A program made the translations under genes and the position numbers. From NCBI RefSeq assembly GCF_009914755.1, contig NC_060947.1: 64,000 nucleotides of DNA, one strand, 5' to 3'. The notes below the pieces were generated by a model that worked only from the letters and a program-made list of their open reading frames with translations, was not told the DNA's origin and searched no databases. The stretch comes from the human T2T-CHM13v2.0 reference genome, Homo sapiens. Within the stretch, counting starts at the first letter, position 1. Each line of letters begins with the position of its first letter. Shown in pieces: positions 29,723-44,546 of this stretch.

Positions 29723-32174
29723 ATCGAATGAAATCCCTTTATAAAAGGTTTAAATGGCCCATCAGGTGACCAAATGTACATGAAGCTTTAATTGTCTTCC
29801 CAGGAATATGGGGCCAAGCATTGGTTATTAACTATTTTAAACAATTTCAGTATCAGCAGGTTTAACATGAAAACATGACAAAGCATTTTCTTGATATTTA
29901 ATTAATTTTGGTTCTACATGGGTTAGTAGCTTTATACAAGGAAATTTGGTTATTTCTGTGGTTTACAATAACTTAACATAATAACCATAATTACAATTGA
30001 TAGCATATAGTATTTTACAAATCCCATACAATTTTGGAACATATATTAGTATTATTCACAAAAATATAACCTAAAGAAGATTGAACATCATTTTGGCAAT
30101 CCCATGTACCTAAACATGTCAAATAATCCTGTTTACCTCCTTTCTGGATGCTTCCAAGGGCCCTTTGATCCATCCAGAAAGCCAGGCATTAGGAAAGACA
30201 ATTTTGAAACTGAAGTGTGATTTTGGAATTCTATATTACCATAAATTATTTATTTTGCCAAAATGATGTTTCAGAAATTTTAAAGAAGCAAAAACCTTTT
30301 ACCAAAGAAAACCCCACATTGTACTGCTTTTCCACACCTTGCATGTAAAACTGTTTCTAGTAGTCTTAATTGCATGTTACAATGGTGACTCTTAGCAATT
30401 TTAACTTTAATGTAAAACCTGGTAAGTTATGTTCTGATAAGGTTTGACTATTTTCAGCATAGCTGGGGGCGTGGCGAACTCCACATATCCCCAGGCCTTA
30501 CCTAGCTGGAAAGCAGGCAAGTTAAACAATTTTCAAAAGCCAAAGAAGCAGTTTATGACCTTAAAGCATTTAGCAAACCTAATATTTGAACATAATTTAC
30601 ACCACATGTTCACATTTTGAAGACAATTATATTTTACCAATAATCTTTAAAACCATCTTTATTTCCCAAAGATTGCTAAAGTCATGTGAACTAAAGGGCA
30701 TTACACTTTCTACTTTTCTGACAAAATATTTGATTTAAGTTATTCTTATCATTAAACTAATTAATTTAGAACTTCACGGAGGAGATTAACCAGTTTGCAG
30801 AGAGAAAGAGGCCAGAGACTGACTGGTAAGAAATTCTTACCCTTTTGGTGGCAGGCCAGGTTTCTGGTTTCTCTCTCCCTGAGTGGCCCTGGGGACCCTG
30901 CTTGACTGTTTGCAAACAAACACAGTGCCATGAATTAAGAATATTCATATATTTTTGACAAATTTTGGAGAACCTAGGCAGAGAGAGAAATATGACCCAA
31001 ATTCTATTTGTGAGAGTACACTCAACACACTTAAAGCATCAGGAAGCCTAAAATCCAAAAAGTTAGTTTAAGAATAAAAAGCTGGTGTGCTCCAGTAATT
31101 CCTGCAGCCCGACAGAGGTAGCTTAGGAATTCCAGAAAAATGGAACAAATGGTGAGTTGCTAGAAATGCATAGGAAACAAAGTAACTATTCACAGAACCG
31201 AATAAAAGGTTTCTGCTAGCATGGTTCTATATATATGGATACACAAGTAAAACCAGAAGAGAATAAACAGCAAACAAGTTAAAACTCGAAGCAAAAACAA
31301 ATAAACAGGAAACCAACCTTAAATTTTCCTAATCAATTTACCCTGGAGGCTACAAGTGTTGCCTAGGGCTCCAAAAACCCACATAATGAATATTTTATTC
31401 CTGATACACAATTCAATATCCTTAAGTTCATCAATATTATACCTCCTGTGCAATTAAGAAATTCACTTTAGGCACATCACCAATAAGTACTCTAGCACTA
31501 TCCACACAAAACAGTAAACGTAGTGTGAAGCAGTGCAAGCATGTATGTGAAATTTGGCTCCACACTAAATCCAGCTTCATGCTTAACTATATTAAAAAAA
31601 AAGAATTGCCAAACTGCCAATGCATTTCTTTACAGTGCTTCTTATTTTACTGAAGACTATGAGCTTTAGCTATGAAAACGTTAGCCAAATGTTTCCAATT
31701 CTTTATCAGCTTTTAAAGAATATATTATTATTTAAACTTTTTCCACAGCTTTCCCCCTACTTAATGGTTCCTTACTACACTGTTTCATAAATAACCTTTT
31801 CAAATCTGTAATTTGAACTACCTTTTAGATAACTTCTGAATTAGACAAAAATTATTATTTTTCACTAATAACATAACTCTTTTTGGCACATTTTGTATAC
31901 CGAATTACGTGTTAACTAGAATTTTATCCTTAGTAACCTAAAACTTTAGTGAAGCCCTAAAAAGCAAGAAATCCTGAACTATCAGATATGGGCATTTATA
32001 GATAAGAACAGTTCCACAATTTTAGAAACATTGCCCCATATTACAACCCCTTCTTAATTGGAAATGAGTCAGACATTAAATGAGCATCAAAATTAAGTTT
32101 AATATTTTAATTTACACAAAAAGTTCACTTAAAACATTTATCTCATTCACTGTACATAATTTTTACTTTTAACA

Positions 32175-32418
32175 CAGGAGACCTGATACATCAATCAACA
32201 TACTTAAAATGAACATTGGTTTGGTCTGGAAAGGCAGGACAACTCAAAGTAGGGAGGGCGTTTGGAGGTTGTCAGATCATAGGTGGGAGACAAAGGGTTA
32301 CATTCTTTTGAGTTTCTGATGAGCCTTTCCAAAGGAAGCAATCAGATATGCATTTATCTCAGTGAGACTTTGAATAAAATGGGAGGCAGGCTCGCCCCAA
32401 GCAGCTCCCAGCTCGAAT
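32175..32418 (-). mobile_element. MER4-like LTR fragment within the proviral internal region
   Basis: ggtctggaaaggcaggacaactcaaag...gcaatcagatatgcatttatctcagtgag. Confidence 0.7.
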
Positions 32419-33801
32419 TAACACTGACATTTAACAATATCTAACAAAGACAAACATAAAATTCAGACAAAATGTAGGCTGAAAATTCTGAAGGCATTTC
32501 TATTTTTATTCCACCAAATAATTTTAAATCTAGCTTGTTTAGTAAAGTTATACTTTAAGTCACGTGAACTTGAAAATTGCTTAGACTTATTTACTTAATT
32601 TATGAGGCCCTTTTACTTGTAAGCCAATTTTGGTAGACACAACCTATAATAATAAGTATACATACAAATAAACACATCTAGACCTGTATACACACAAGTA
32701 AATGAAGATCCAATAGCTTGGAACCTTAGCCATGAGATAGCAATATAAGCTTGCCAGTTTTAATTTGCCCCAGTAGATAATCCAATGAAGGCTATGAACC
32801 AAAATTTGGGGCAAAGTAGTCTCCACAGCAGTTTGATTTTTAAAGGCCAAACCTCCCCAGACTCCAAAGGGCCGTGGGGCCAAACTGTACCAGAGGAGGG
32901 TGTCACATATTAACCAGGCTTAGGACCGAAGCACAAAAGCCTGGTTACATTCAATGCTATTCTACTTTCCCATTCAACAGTAAACTCGAGATTCCAAGCA
33001 ATGTTGTGGCCAAACAGCATTACAATTGTGAGAGAAAATTCTAAGGAGGGCTTTTATTACTAGACCTCAGAACCTCTGCCAAGAGCGTCCTCTTTGCAGT
33101 GGTTGGGGTCTGCAGAACCTATGAAGCATCCTCCTGTGGAGTCCAATCTTAGAGTTCCAGACGTTTCTAGCCTTAGGTGGGTGCCACATGCAGGTTTTCC
33201 CCTCCAGAGCATACCATGAGCTTTATAGGAATAGCCATGAACTGTAATAAGATCTAGATGCTGGGTGGGCCTTTTTGTTCCTTAGCCAGTTGAGTATGAT
33301 AAGGGAAGAATTCAGCATAAGAGAAGAAGGTTTACATCCCCTGAAACATGTGCGAGTGTGCTCCAAGCTTCACTGCTGGTAGGGATCAGGAACCACTTGC
33401 GGAAAAGATAAAAAAATAAAATTCCTTCCCCCTTCGGGGCAGAGCAATTATTCCCATTCATTCCTAGGCCTTCAGGCAGTACTGATGAGTGATCTCAGCC
33501 AATTGCTCTCAATTTCCAAGGAGCTACTAGGAAACAGCCACTGAAAGACTGAAAAGGAAAGAGAGGAAAAGAAAATGAAAAAAGACCCTGCTCCCTTTAG
33601 TGAACCAGGCAGTGGCGGTAAGGCTTCCCTGCATGGAAACCTCTTAGTTTCACTGGCCATGGCCAGAAACCTGCAGTTGCTTCCATGTTTAGACGCTGTA
33701 CACTAAGGGTCCCAGGTTGGAAAGGAAAAGAGAGAGAGCGCCTGTGTGGAGCAGAAAGAAGAGGGAGAAAAATGAATCCCAAACTTTAGGGTTATCTCTT
33801 C

Positions 33802-33819
33802 CTCCTGGCTGGGTTACCA
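33802..33819 (-). promoter_or_regulatory. Primer-binding site, tRNA-Arg(ACG)-like
   Basis: Minus strand tggtaacccagccaggag vs recalled tggcgagccagccaggag (15/18), 5 nt from the 5' LTR end. Confidence 0.75.
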
Positions 33820-33824
33820 AAATA

Positions 33825-34779
33825 TGCTGGTGGAGAGTGTCCAGGTTCTTGGCATCTTGAACAAAGAATTAGACAAAACACAAAAACGAAGCAAGGAAGG
33901 AATGAAGGGATTTATTGAAGATGAAAGTACACTCCACAGTTTGGGAGCGGGCCCGAGCATAGGGGCTCAAGGGCCCCATTATAGAATTTTTGGGAGTTTA
34001 AATACCCCCTAGAGGATGCCACTGGTTACATCGAGTATGCCCTATGTAAATTAAATAAAGTTACAAATTCATTTACTGTTGGGATTCACTCAGGATGGTG
34101 GCGGAAATATTAAAGGGAAATATTAGGGAAAGTTATAGGAAATAGTCACAAACCTTTTGGAAGGCTGAAAGGTTACATAGCTTGTAATAACTGAACAGGC
34201 TGAAGGCAGCCAGTTCTTACCCTAGAGCATTAGGTCATAGGGTAAATACTAGGGACAATAGAGGCTTCCCCAGTTAAGTCTGTTTACCCTACCTCCATTA
34301 ACTAACCTTTGAGCCAGATGGCCCTCTTGGGGCAGGTCGACTAGGGATATTGCCCCCTAATGGTATTTACCTTAGACCTGGGTGCCTGAGCTTTAATCAT
34401 TACTTGATCTACTCTCTTAACCATCTTAATTATCCGCAAGTGTGTTTACTCAAAGCTTCTGTTGTTAATTGTATACCAAATAAATGCCTGGAGTGCAAAC
34501 TGCTTAGGGCCGGCCGCAGTGACAAACCTCTCTTGGTGTGCAGGCGGTCGGACACTCAGCTGGACTGGCAAAACAGAATATCTGTGTGTCAGTGTATGTT
34601 TTATTCATCCGTCGTTTGGGTCAGGGTCTGCAGGCAGAGCCCCGCAACTAATGCCCTCAAGTGTGAGGAGCAATACCTCAATTTATGGCATACACCTTAC
34701 GGAAAGGATATTTCCTGTCATAGCTGAAATTTGAATCAGCCTTATGTTCCCTGCCTCCAGACCCTATTTTCCTGCCTCA
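33825..34779 (-). mobile_element. MER61-type 5' LTR, split by a nested LTR
   Basis: 33825-34076 plus 34681-34779 align to 26911-27269. Confidence 0.9.
34077..34680 (+). mobile_element. Solo LTR, LTR22-like (ERVK/HML-5)
   Basis: TG...CA, 604 bp, TSD atttac/atttat; family assigned from memory. Confidence 0.8.
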
Positions 34780-35192
34780 GTATTGGTGTCTAGGGTGAGG
34801 TTTGTGCACAAGTGTGCTTCAGCTTTTTCTATCCATTTTGTTGTGGATATGTTCTCAGTTATCCGGTGTGTAGGAGTCTCTCAACTAGGTTCTGGCTTTC
34901 TCTCAGAGAGAATTGATTCATGTGTAGATATATATTCAGCATGTCCATGGTGGAGTGGGGGTGAAAGTCAGGAGCCTCCTATTCTGCTATCTTGCCGATG
35001 TCACCAAGACAGTTGATTTAAAGTATTTGTCTAGCAAGTCCAATGTTTAGGCTTCCTCAAAGATGATTTAGTATCATTTTTTTTCCTGTTAATTGTCCAT
35101 ACATTCTATACATTTGCCTGTCTTGTAATTTTGTTGTTAAAAACTGGACATTTTGAACATTATAATGTGGTAGCTTAATATCAAATTCCTCC

Positions 35193-35742
35193 TGAAGCAG
35201 AAGATATAACAAAGAAAAACAAGTTTTCCTGTACTAGGCTGACTCACTCTAAGGCCCAGCAATGGGCAGGGCTCTGTCGGGGCCTTTGATAGCACTATCT
35301 GCAGAGCCAGGGCCCAGAAGGGATGGGCTCCAGAGCCTCTCCCTCCCATCCCAGAGCAGGGAAGAGAAAAACATGTTTTTCCTCTTTAAGCTTCCCCCTC
35401 CCCCCTTCCCCCTTACTATTCTCATAATTATGTTTGCAACTTTTGTAAGTTCTTGTTTTTCCTTCTGTGCAGCACAGCAGAGTCACAAGATATGTTTAAG
35501 TTGTAAAACCTGTCACTGTTTGACAAATTGCCTTTGGTCTGCTTCTGTAAGCTTGCTTGCCCACCCTACAGGTTTCTCGCCATCAGACTGGTCAACCCCC
35601 TTTCTGATGCATGTATAATAGTCAAGCCCTGTCTTTATTTAGGGCTCAGCCTTTGGATGTTAATTCACTGGGCCGGTGCACACCTAATAAAATCCTCCTG
35701 TCCCACCCATTGGTCTCTCCTGTCCCCTAGATTCCTGCAACA
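35193..35742 (+). mobile_element. Solo LTR, family uncertain
   Basis: TG...CA, TATA-like tataa near 35614, AATAAA near 35686; TSD unclear. Confidence 0.75.
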
Positions 35743-35744
35743 TT

Positions 35745-36560
35745 TCCTCTTCCTGGGATTTGTTGTTTCTCTTTATCATTAAGTTATAGTTTTTGTTTAG
35801 TGACTTTTCCAATGTATCTTTGTACAAAAAAGTGTATTTGTCATGTGTGGTCACTGAAGTCTCTGTTATGTTAGCTTAATGTTTAGTGATTTGACAGATA
35901 TTTTCTTAAATTACTAGAGCCAAAAGCAGTCTTCTAGTGTTTGCAGCTGGGCTTTTTGTGTGTGTTGGAGTAAGCCTTTAGCACTCAAATCAACAGTTTA
36001 CAACTTTGCCTTTACCTTCACATCCTGCCTGTGCAGAGTTTGAATGTCACCCACAAGTGAGAGCTTACAGACTCCCAGGTCATCTGGGTGTGCTTCCAAC
36101 CCTGGATATGTGCATGGACTTCTAAATTTCCAGGAATATGTGGGAGCTTTTCAAAGCCTTTATTCCCCCAAAGCATCTTACTCCTGACTTTCCATTGTAT
36201 CTGTTGTTTGCCCAACTGATGTACATTGTCTCAGGCAGAAGCTGTTAGTTAATTTACTTTTAAATGTTTTTGATGAATGCCCATCCTCCATGTACTTACT
36301 TCTCTACCCTCAGAGAGCTCTAGGTTAGGCAAACAAATGCAAGCTATTTATGTTAGTACTTCAGGGAGCCACTAGCTAGGTAAAAACTTTAAAAACATGG
36401 TCTATGGTACTACCCTGGCACAAGGAATCCACATTGGGAACATGGACTGATGTCTTCAAGACCCTTACTAAGCTTGTGAGTCAGGGATGGGGCAGGGATA
36501 ATTTAAAATTTAACAAAGCTTTCTTTTCAGCTTTCAGTCACCTGTTTCTTATTGAAGTGT
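35745..36560 (-). mobile_element. Old L1M upstream-region fragment (also 34784-35192)
   Basis: Degenerate motifs tgtggtcactgaagtctctg, gtttacaactttgcctttaccttcac. Confidence 0.55.
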
Positions 36561-36589
36561 TCTCTTGAGAACACAATTTTTTGAGAATA

Positions 36590-37480
36590 CGGTTCACTCG
36601 GCTCCCTTTGGTACCAGAAATCCACACTGGGAATATGGACCGATTGCTTAAAGACAAACCTCTGGGCAAGCTATTTGGCAAAAGGTGGGCCAGGGGGCTG
36701 TATAAGACTGTCTTCAGTGAAATGGGGATACTTCCTGATTGGCTGTGATAGTGTGTGAGCTGAGTGGCTATGCAGGGCTTCTCAGCTGTGTAGGTCCACC
36801 CATTTTCCTGGGGAGTAGAGCATCTCATGAATTCAGATGTTGGAGTCTTGTCCATTTCACCAGGCCTAGGCTCTGGGAAGCCAGGGTATTGGTGTTGCAG
36901 GAACCCATGTGAACATAGTGGAATAATGGTGGAGCCTCAGGGATGGAAGGGGTCGGTGGTTATTAGTCCCCAGGGCATGATGCACTCTAGCTGTGGGTCT
37001 AGTTTCAAGATGGCACCATGTTATAGCAGCTTAGGTTGTTGGGGTTTGGGATGCCAAGGGAGTTCCTGCTCTGGGGCCATGCAGTAGTGTGGACTCTAGG
37101 CAACTGTCCATAGTAAATTTGAGGACTGGCAGACCCTTCTGTAGCAATGACTGTTGGCATCTGTGGCAAAGATGGAGACTGCCAAAGGTCTTCATCTTAC
37201 CTTTTCCCTTTAACAAGAAGTTCCCTCTGGCTCTGAGCTGATCCCAGTGGGGGAGACAGTGTGGTAAAGGCAGGATGCCTCACTCCCCTCTCTATGGTGC
37301 TATCCTGGGCTTTTTTGCTCCACAGGGATTTCACTGTTCTTCTGGTGTGCCTATGTATACTTCCTCAGTTATTCCAGTTGAAATATAGTTGTTTATTTGT
37401 TGTTTCGGTCCTTTTTTGTTGGGGAGGGGCCAAGCACCAGGTTCTTGTAGTTGGTCATTTTGCTGGTGTCACTCTACTCG
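36590..37480 (-). mobile_element. L1 5'UTR-like fragment (L1M/L1PB age)
   Basis: GC-richer block with caagatggcaccatg and a ggtcattttgctggtgtcactc terminus. Confidence 0.55.
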
Positions 37481-38199
37481 CCCTCATTCTCACAATACAT
37501 GGCTTGAGGATATGAGAACACCTTCCATACTTGTCATGAAGTCAGTCCATTTGGTTTCCTCTGTTGCAAAATGCTCTTTGCCTCCCACCTTCTCCTCTGA
37601 ATTGTTGCTTTATAAAGTACACTTTTTTTCTCTCAGTGAGGGATGAGAATGTGCAGGCATTCATTTTGATCTTGGACACTGTTTCCTATCCTCTCCTGAT
37701 GCATTACTCTACCCAGAGTTCTTTCTTCATGTATCTCTTCTGGCTCATTTTTTTTCTGTGAGTAGAAGATACATTTTATTTACTTCCTCTTAGCCCAGGC
37801 AATTACATAGTGTGCCAAATCAGTACCCAGAGATAATCAAGTAGTCTTTCTTAGTCTAGGGTTTGTGATTTGTCCAATGTCTGTACGGAAAAGTGAATCG
37901 ATAGCAATGACTTTAGGCATTTTAGCCTTTTGCCCCAGTAAGTATTTTCATACTTCCCAGACTGTATATCCTGACTTTCAGTTTAGAAAAATACGGTACC
38001 TATGGATCACCTTGGTGAATGAGGCAGGTGGGACTTTCTGAATCAATTTATTTTTCTCATAGACCTTTGATGAGAGCTGGTGTTCAGCGTGCTTTTCCTT
38101 GTTATTGATTTGTTTGATTTATTGGGAAATTTTGCTAGGAGCATTTGACTTAGCTTTAATGGAAAGAAGATAAATTAGACATGGCCTCTGATAACTTGA

Positions 38200-38242
38200 T
38201 GTGTATGTGTGTGTGTGTGAGAGAGAGAGAGAGCGAGAGAGA
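38200..38242. repeat. (GT)n(GA)n microsatellite
   Basis: Direct inspection. Confidence 0.95.
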
Positions 38243-38268
38243 CTGCATTTTGTTGGTGCATTTAATGA

Positions 38269-38568
<300 letters not shown>

Positions 38569-39039
38569 CTGATTTGCATATTTTTTAATGAGAAAGTAAA
38601 TAACTGCAGAAAAAAGAAGGGTCAGGTAACCATTGTTAGAAACTTGGAGTATGTATGAGTATAGGCATTCTGCTAATATTTGCTATGGAGGCTGAGAAAA
38701 AAACCTTACAGTAGAATGTTCTATTTTATTATTAATGGGGCTAGTGACACTTCTTTCTCGTAATTCATTTGAGTGCCTTGCAACTCTGGATGGAGCTTGC
38801 TGGCCTCTTGTTACTCCTGATATGTATGGAAGACAAATGGATATCAGCATTAGTGCTGGTTTTTGTGCTTTAAGCCAAAAAGCTGAAGAGTTTATAGTTA
38901 CCTTCCACACTGTGGCATTTTGCCTGAGAAGAATTCAAGGCAAATGGAACAATGGTATTAATAATAAAAATAATAGGTATTAGTTATCAGTTCATACTAG
39001 GCGACAGTTAATATTTTATTGATTATTCCTAAATGTTGT

Positions 39040-39365
39040 AACATTATTAGTATTGTCTCTACTCTATGTATAAGGAAACTGAGACACAGAGAATAGAGAT
39101 AATTTTTCCTAGGTTACACAGCAAATGGTTCAAGTCCAGGTCTCTGTGAATGCAGAATTTTCTGTTTCCACTGTGCCTCAATCCTTTTCATGGATTTTGG
39201 TTTCTTAGTGGTATCATATATGCTTCCTTTTTCTCTTTCTCTTCCTCAAGTAGCTGTTGTTTGAACATTTTTTATATCCAGGCACTGTGCTTGCCATATA
39301 TTATCATTAAAACTCACAATGGCCCTGAAAGATAAATATTAGTATCCTGGTTTTACAGATGAGAT
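39040..39365 (-). mobile_element. Two MIR fragments
   Basis: aaggaaactgagacacagaga; ttttacagatgaga. Confidence 0.65.
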
Positions 39366-40484
39366 AATTTTCCATTTTACTATACTGACTCTCCTTGTTC
39401 TTAGAGTCACCTATTGTCCCTGGCCTGGGTACCTTTGAGCTATGCTTTTTCTCTTCCTTCCCTATTCTCATTATAACTTCCCAGACCTGTTTCAGGTGAT
39501 TCCATCATCTTGCTACATGCTTGATGGGCGATAATGATTTTCTATGTTACTTTTCCAGCTTGTTAGCACTTTCTTAAGAGACCCACAGGCTTACTGCTCA
39601 CTATAAATTTATGGACTTGCTGAAGCTTGTTTTTCCTCAACTATGATGAAAATCCACTGTATATCCAACAATTGTGTTTGCCCATATCAAATCACCTTCC
39701 TAGAATTTTTGGACAAGGGGAACCAATGCAAAGAAATATGCTTTTCTTACGCTGCTTGCTGTGGTGTGAGCACGGAAGTCCTTTTTTTCTGACCCAGGAA
39801 TCTCTCGTCTTCTGTTGGCATCCATGAAACAGTATGATCTATCTTTTTAGTTTGCAAGTAGGGCAAATCCAAGACCCTTCCCAGTTCTTGACAAATACTG
39901 TACCTAAGGTTCTTCAGTGGGAAAAGGCTCTATTTCTAGCCCTATGTGAGGGCTGGCTACTCTAGGGGAACCTTTTGCAGCCCTCCAGAGTTCTCTGTGT
40001 TGCTCTTTTTTTTTTTCAGTACTCTGTTCTGCGAACTCAAGTCTCCTTGTTCTCCCTATACTCTCAGCTCCTTCTTCTTGACTCAGGGAATCCTAGAGGC
40101 TTCTCCCCTATTCTATCTCCCTGTATTGCATTCTGAAAACTCTTTTCAGGCAGTAAGCTAGCACAATAATTTGTTTCAAGGATCACTATTCTTTGATGCT
40201 TGATGATCTGTGTCTTGAAAACTCTGTTATTGTGTCTATTTTTGGAATACTTTTAGGTGAAAAGAGAATTTGGTCCCTGTTACTCCATCTTGGCCAGAAG
40301 CGGAAGTTGAATCTGTCTTTTGAAAGTGGATTTCATATTTGGAAACAACCCAAAGAAAGGGGTAAGTAACTGGAATTAATAATGTTGGCCATGCTAATTT
40401 CTCATACTCCTCTTCCCCAAAAACAATGTGGTAGTAAAGTAACCAACCTGCTTTTTCCTGTGGTTTCAAATTTCTGTGGTTTAG

Positions 40485-40824
<340 letters not shown>

Positions 40825-41099
40825 TTAGCATTATAATTTTTAAAGACAAATTTCAGTGGCCTCCCTCCACTCTCCCCTCTTCTACTTTAATAATTATTGC
40901 AACCTACAAAGAAATAAAAGTCATGAGAAAAAATGGCTAGGGTCATATTTTTACCATCAGCCACTCTTCCCCAACACCACAATTAATTTAGTAGACAAAT
41001 TTTCTGACTTTTTCCTTATTGATGTCTCTTATAATTTTCTCTTTCTTAGTGCCATACTTCAGGCTGGCCTTTGGTCTGGATTATTATAAACCCCACCAC

Positions 41100-41745
41100 C
41101 CCTTAGCTGGTTTCTTTCTTTTTCTGTCATTCACATTAAGGCCAGACTGGCTTTCAAAAAACAAAAACAAAACTGATCTATATCATTTTTGCTTCTTACA
41201 ATGATCTTTCCCATGAATATAGAATAATGTCCAGCTTCCTTTTGCCCACAATCTGTTCTCTGCTTACATTTATCATCTTATTTTATGTACCACAGTCTCT
41301 ACCATTGATAGGATTATAATCCACAAATTACAATATTGTAAGAAGCTCTAAACGCAAACCGAGTGAGGGAAGTTTGCCTTTCATATTCAGGTCCAGTTCT
41401 GTCCTACCTTCGTGCCTTTGCTTATTTTGTCTCTTTTTGCCAGGTATACCTCATTTTGCCTGCCTTCAAAGAATTTTCTCAACTAAGAACCACACCATAA
41501 GGCCTCCCTAGAAGCCTCCAATTGGAATAAATCCCTTTGCTTCTTATTTTCTCATAGCAAATTGGTTGTAGTTGTATTAGAGCACTTAACAAACTGTGCT
41601 TTGATTTACTTGAGTAAATGTCTGTCTTCTTTAGTGAATTGTGAGTCCCTGGAAGGCAGGCCTTATTTCTCTTTATATTCATCATAGCATCTATCTCAAG
41701 GCCTTATAGATAGTATGTGCCAAATGAATTTCTATTAAATTGAAA
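41100..41745 (+). mobile_element. L2 3' region
   Basis: attgtgagtccctggaaggcagg...atagtatgtgccaaatgaat end motifs. Confidence 0.6.
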
Positions 41746-41984
41746 TTGGTTAAATCAGGGAACTTATTTAGCACATGAGAATAAATCAATGTACTTTCAT
41801 TCACTGACATCTGCAATCTGGTCTGAGTTCAGTGAAATTCCAAGTATATAATGTGTCTTTGGGTCTGTGAAGACCCTGCTCTCTCTTTTTGAACAGCCTG
41901 CAAGCAGAATCTTCATTTTGTCCCCTAAATGCACGTGGCACTACTTCTTCCTACCTTCTCTAGGCGATGTCCTTTGACAGCGGC

Positions 41985-42480
41985 TTCAAACATGGCTATA
42001 CCCCTGATTCATCTGGGGGAATTGTTTTTTTCTTTTTTCTTTTTTTTCTTGAGATAGAGTCTCGCCCTGTCACCAAGGCGGAGTGCAGTGGCACGATCTT
42101 GGCTCACTGCAACCTCTGCCTCTCCTGGGTTCAAGCAATTCTCCTGCCTCAGCCTCCCGAGTAGCTGGGATTACAGGTGTGCGCCACCACGCCTGGCTAA
42201 TTTTTTGTATCTTTAGCAGAGACGGGGTTTCAGCATGTTCGCCAGGCTGGTCTGGAACTCCTGACCTCATGATCCGTCTGCCTCGGCCTTCCAAAGTGCT
42301 TGGATTACAGGCGTGAGCCACTGCACCCTGCCAAGAATTGTTTTTTTTTTTCAACAATGCAGTTACTTGGGTTCCATCTGAGAACCACTGAGTTGGAATC
42401 TCTGGTGGTAGGGCTCAGGAATGTGTGTGTTTAGTAGGCACCTGGCACTTGGTGATACTTTAGTATAGCCAGGTTTGAGA
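41985..42480. mobile_element. MER5-like hAT element split by an Alu
   Basis: atgcagttacttggg...gaatctctgg...tttgagacc. Confidence 0.55.
42031..42332 (-). mobile_element. AluS (Sg-like)
   Basis: TSD gaattgtttttt. Confidence 0.95.
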
Positions 42481-43378
42481 CCTACTCCTCTATGCTCTAG
42501 TCTAGATCATTCCCTGTACTTACCCTTCTGTCAAAATGTATATACTCTGAGTCTCCTGCCTTTAAGACTCAGATTTCAGCTGGCTGTAATTTTGAAAAGT
42601 GGTTTGATTTACTTTCAAACTCCCCTTCATTCAGTTATTAATGTCTTCTCTCAAGGGTGTTTGCATTTTCATTAAAAAACAATTTAATAGACTTTATTTT
42701 TTGGGGTGGTTTTAGGTTCACAGCAAAACTGAAAGTAAGCATTTAATTTTTTAACAGGACATTCTCGAAGACAATGTAGAAAATACTGCTTTTAAGAAAT
42801 AACAATGTTTAGACTTTTCAGAAGGAAAGAGTTCACCCATTTAAGGAATATTTTTAAATTGCTGTGGAAAATAGACAAGATGGGGTAGGACTGGTCACGT
42901 GCCAACTTGAGTGGTCTAAGAAGTGAGGAGTGTGTGTTGGTTTCACTTAATCCTCATGAAACGGATTTTCCATAAGAAAGAGGATTTGATTACAGGAATA
43001 AAAGGGAAAGGTTATTATGTTGGGCAGATGATTTCACAATCTACTACAAAAGTGTACTTTGCAAAACATCTTGTTTTGGTGGTGCTAATGGCACTGGGTG
43101 GAATAGTCATAGAACCACAATGCCCTGAGACAAAAGGAATGTTTATCTAAGGGTGAACACTCTGTATAAGGTTGGTCTTATGTGAAGTTAACTTATAGAT
43201 TCTTATATAAACTAACACACATTTTCCCTTTCCATTGTAAGTGTCAACTGATTCTTACTTTATGAATTGGTGAATTGTTCTTCCCTGCTGTGGACATTAG
43301 CTGCTGAGATCTTGGGAGGAACTGAATTCATTTTGGTGAGTGACAATGTGTTTAATGAAAATCTTAAGCTTCATTAGC

Positions 43379-43414
43379 TTAAGATTTGTTTAACATTAAG
43401 ATTTGTTTAACATT
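43379..43414. repeat. Perfect 17-bp tandem duplication
   Basis: ttaagatttgtttaaca x2. Confidence 0.95.
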
Positions 43415-44129
43415 CAGTTGAGGAGAAACCCTTTTTTTGGCTGTTGATTTACAGATTGATAAGACATTGCTCTTACTACAGTGATCAAGAAATTCTGAAA
43501 ATTGTAGCACTGTTAGAATTATGATATTGTCAGGATCTATTCTATGTGAGAGCCCAGCTCAGGGTTTCTCTCTGAGATAGCACATATGTATTTGCAGTTG
43601 AAGCAGTGACCCTGAAAATCTGATTGTTGACTGGGAAAAGCACTTTTAGAGTCAGCTTCTTCTGTAATTGGTTGACACTCTTGTTTCTCCATGGAATCAA
43701 GTAATAGAGAAATAAATGCAGAATAAATAGAATTTCATGCTTGTATAAGTCACTGGCAAGATCATCTTTGGGTCATGCAGGAAGGGATGTTCCGTCCAGA
43801 GGAAAATTGCCTGGAAGGAAAACATTTTATTTTAGGCTCCCTTCTCTTACTTACTCAGTTTGAAGTTTTGTTTTTCATATGCTGCTCCTTTGCAGAGAGA
43901 TGTACTGGGAAGGAGGGAACTTTAAACCTAGGGATCAGATGAGCTGTTGCAGCATTATCAAATGAGTGATTTACTCATGCAGATCTTGAATATTACAAAA
44001 CTCACCCAAGGCTAATTGTATAAAAGGAGAGAAGATAATATTTAACATTCTATTTTAATATTAAATTTATTTATTTAATATTAAATTAGTGTCTACTAAT
44101 TTTACCTATTGAGCAAAATGGTGAAATAG

Positions 44130-44541
<412 letters not shown>

Positions 44542-44546
44542 AACAT

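Noticed and set aside
44050-44090. Two tttaatattaaa palindromes
   Set aside because: Expected in low-complexity AT-rich DNA.
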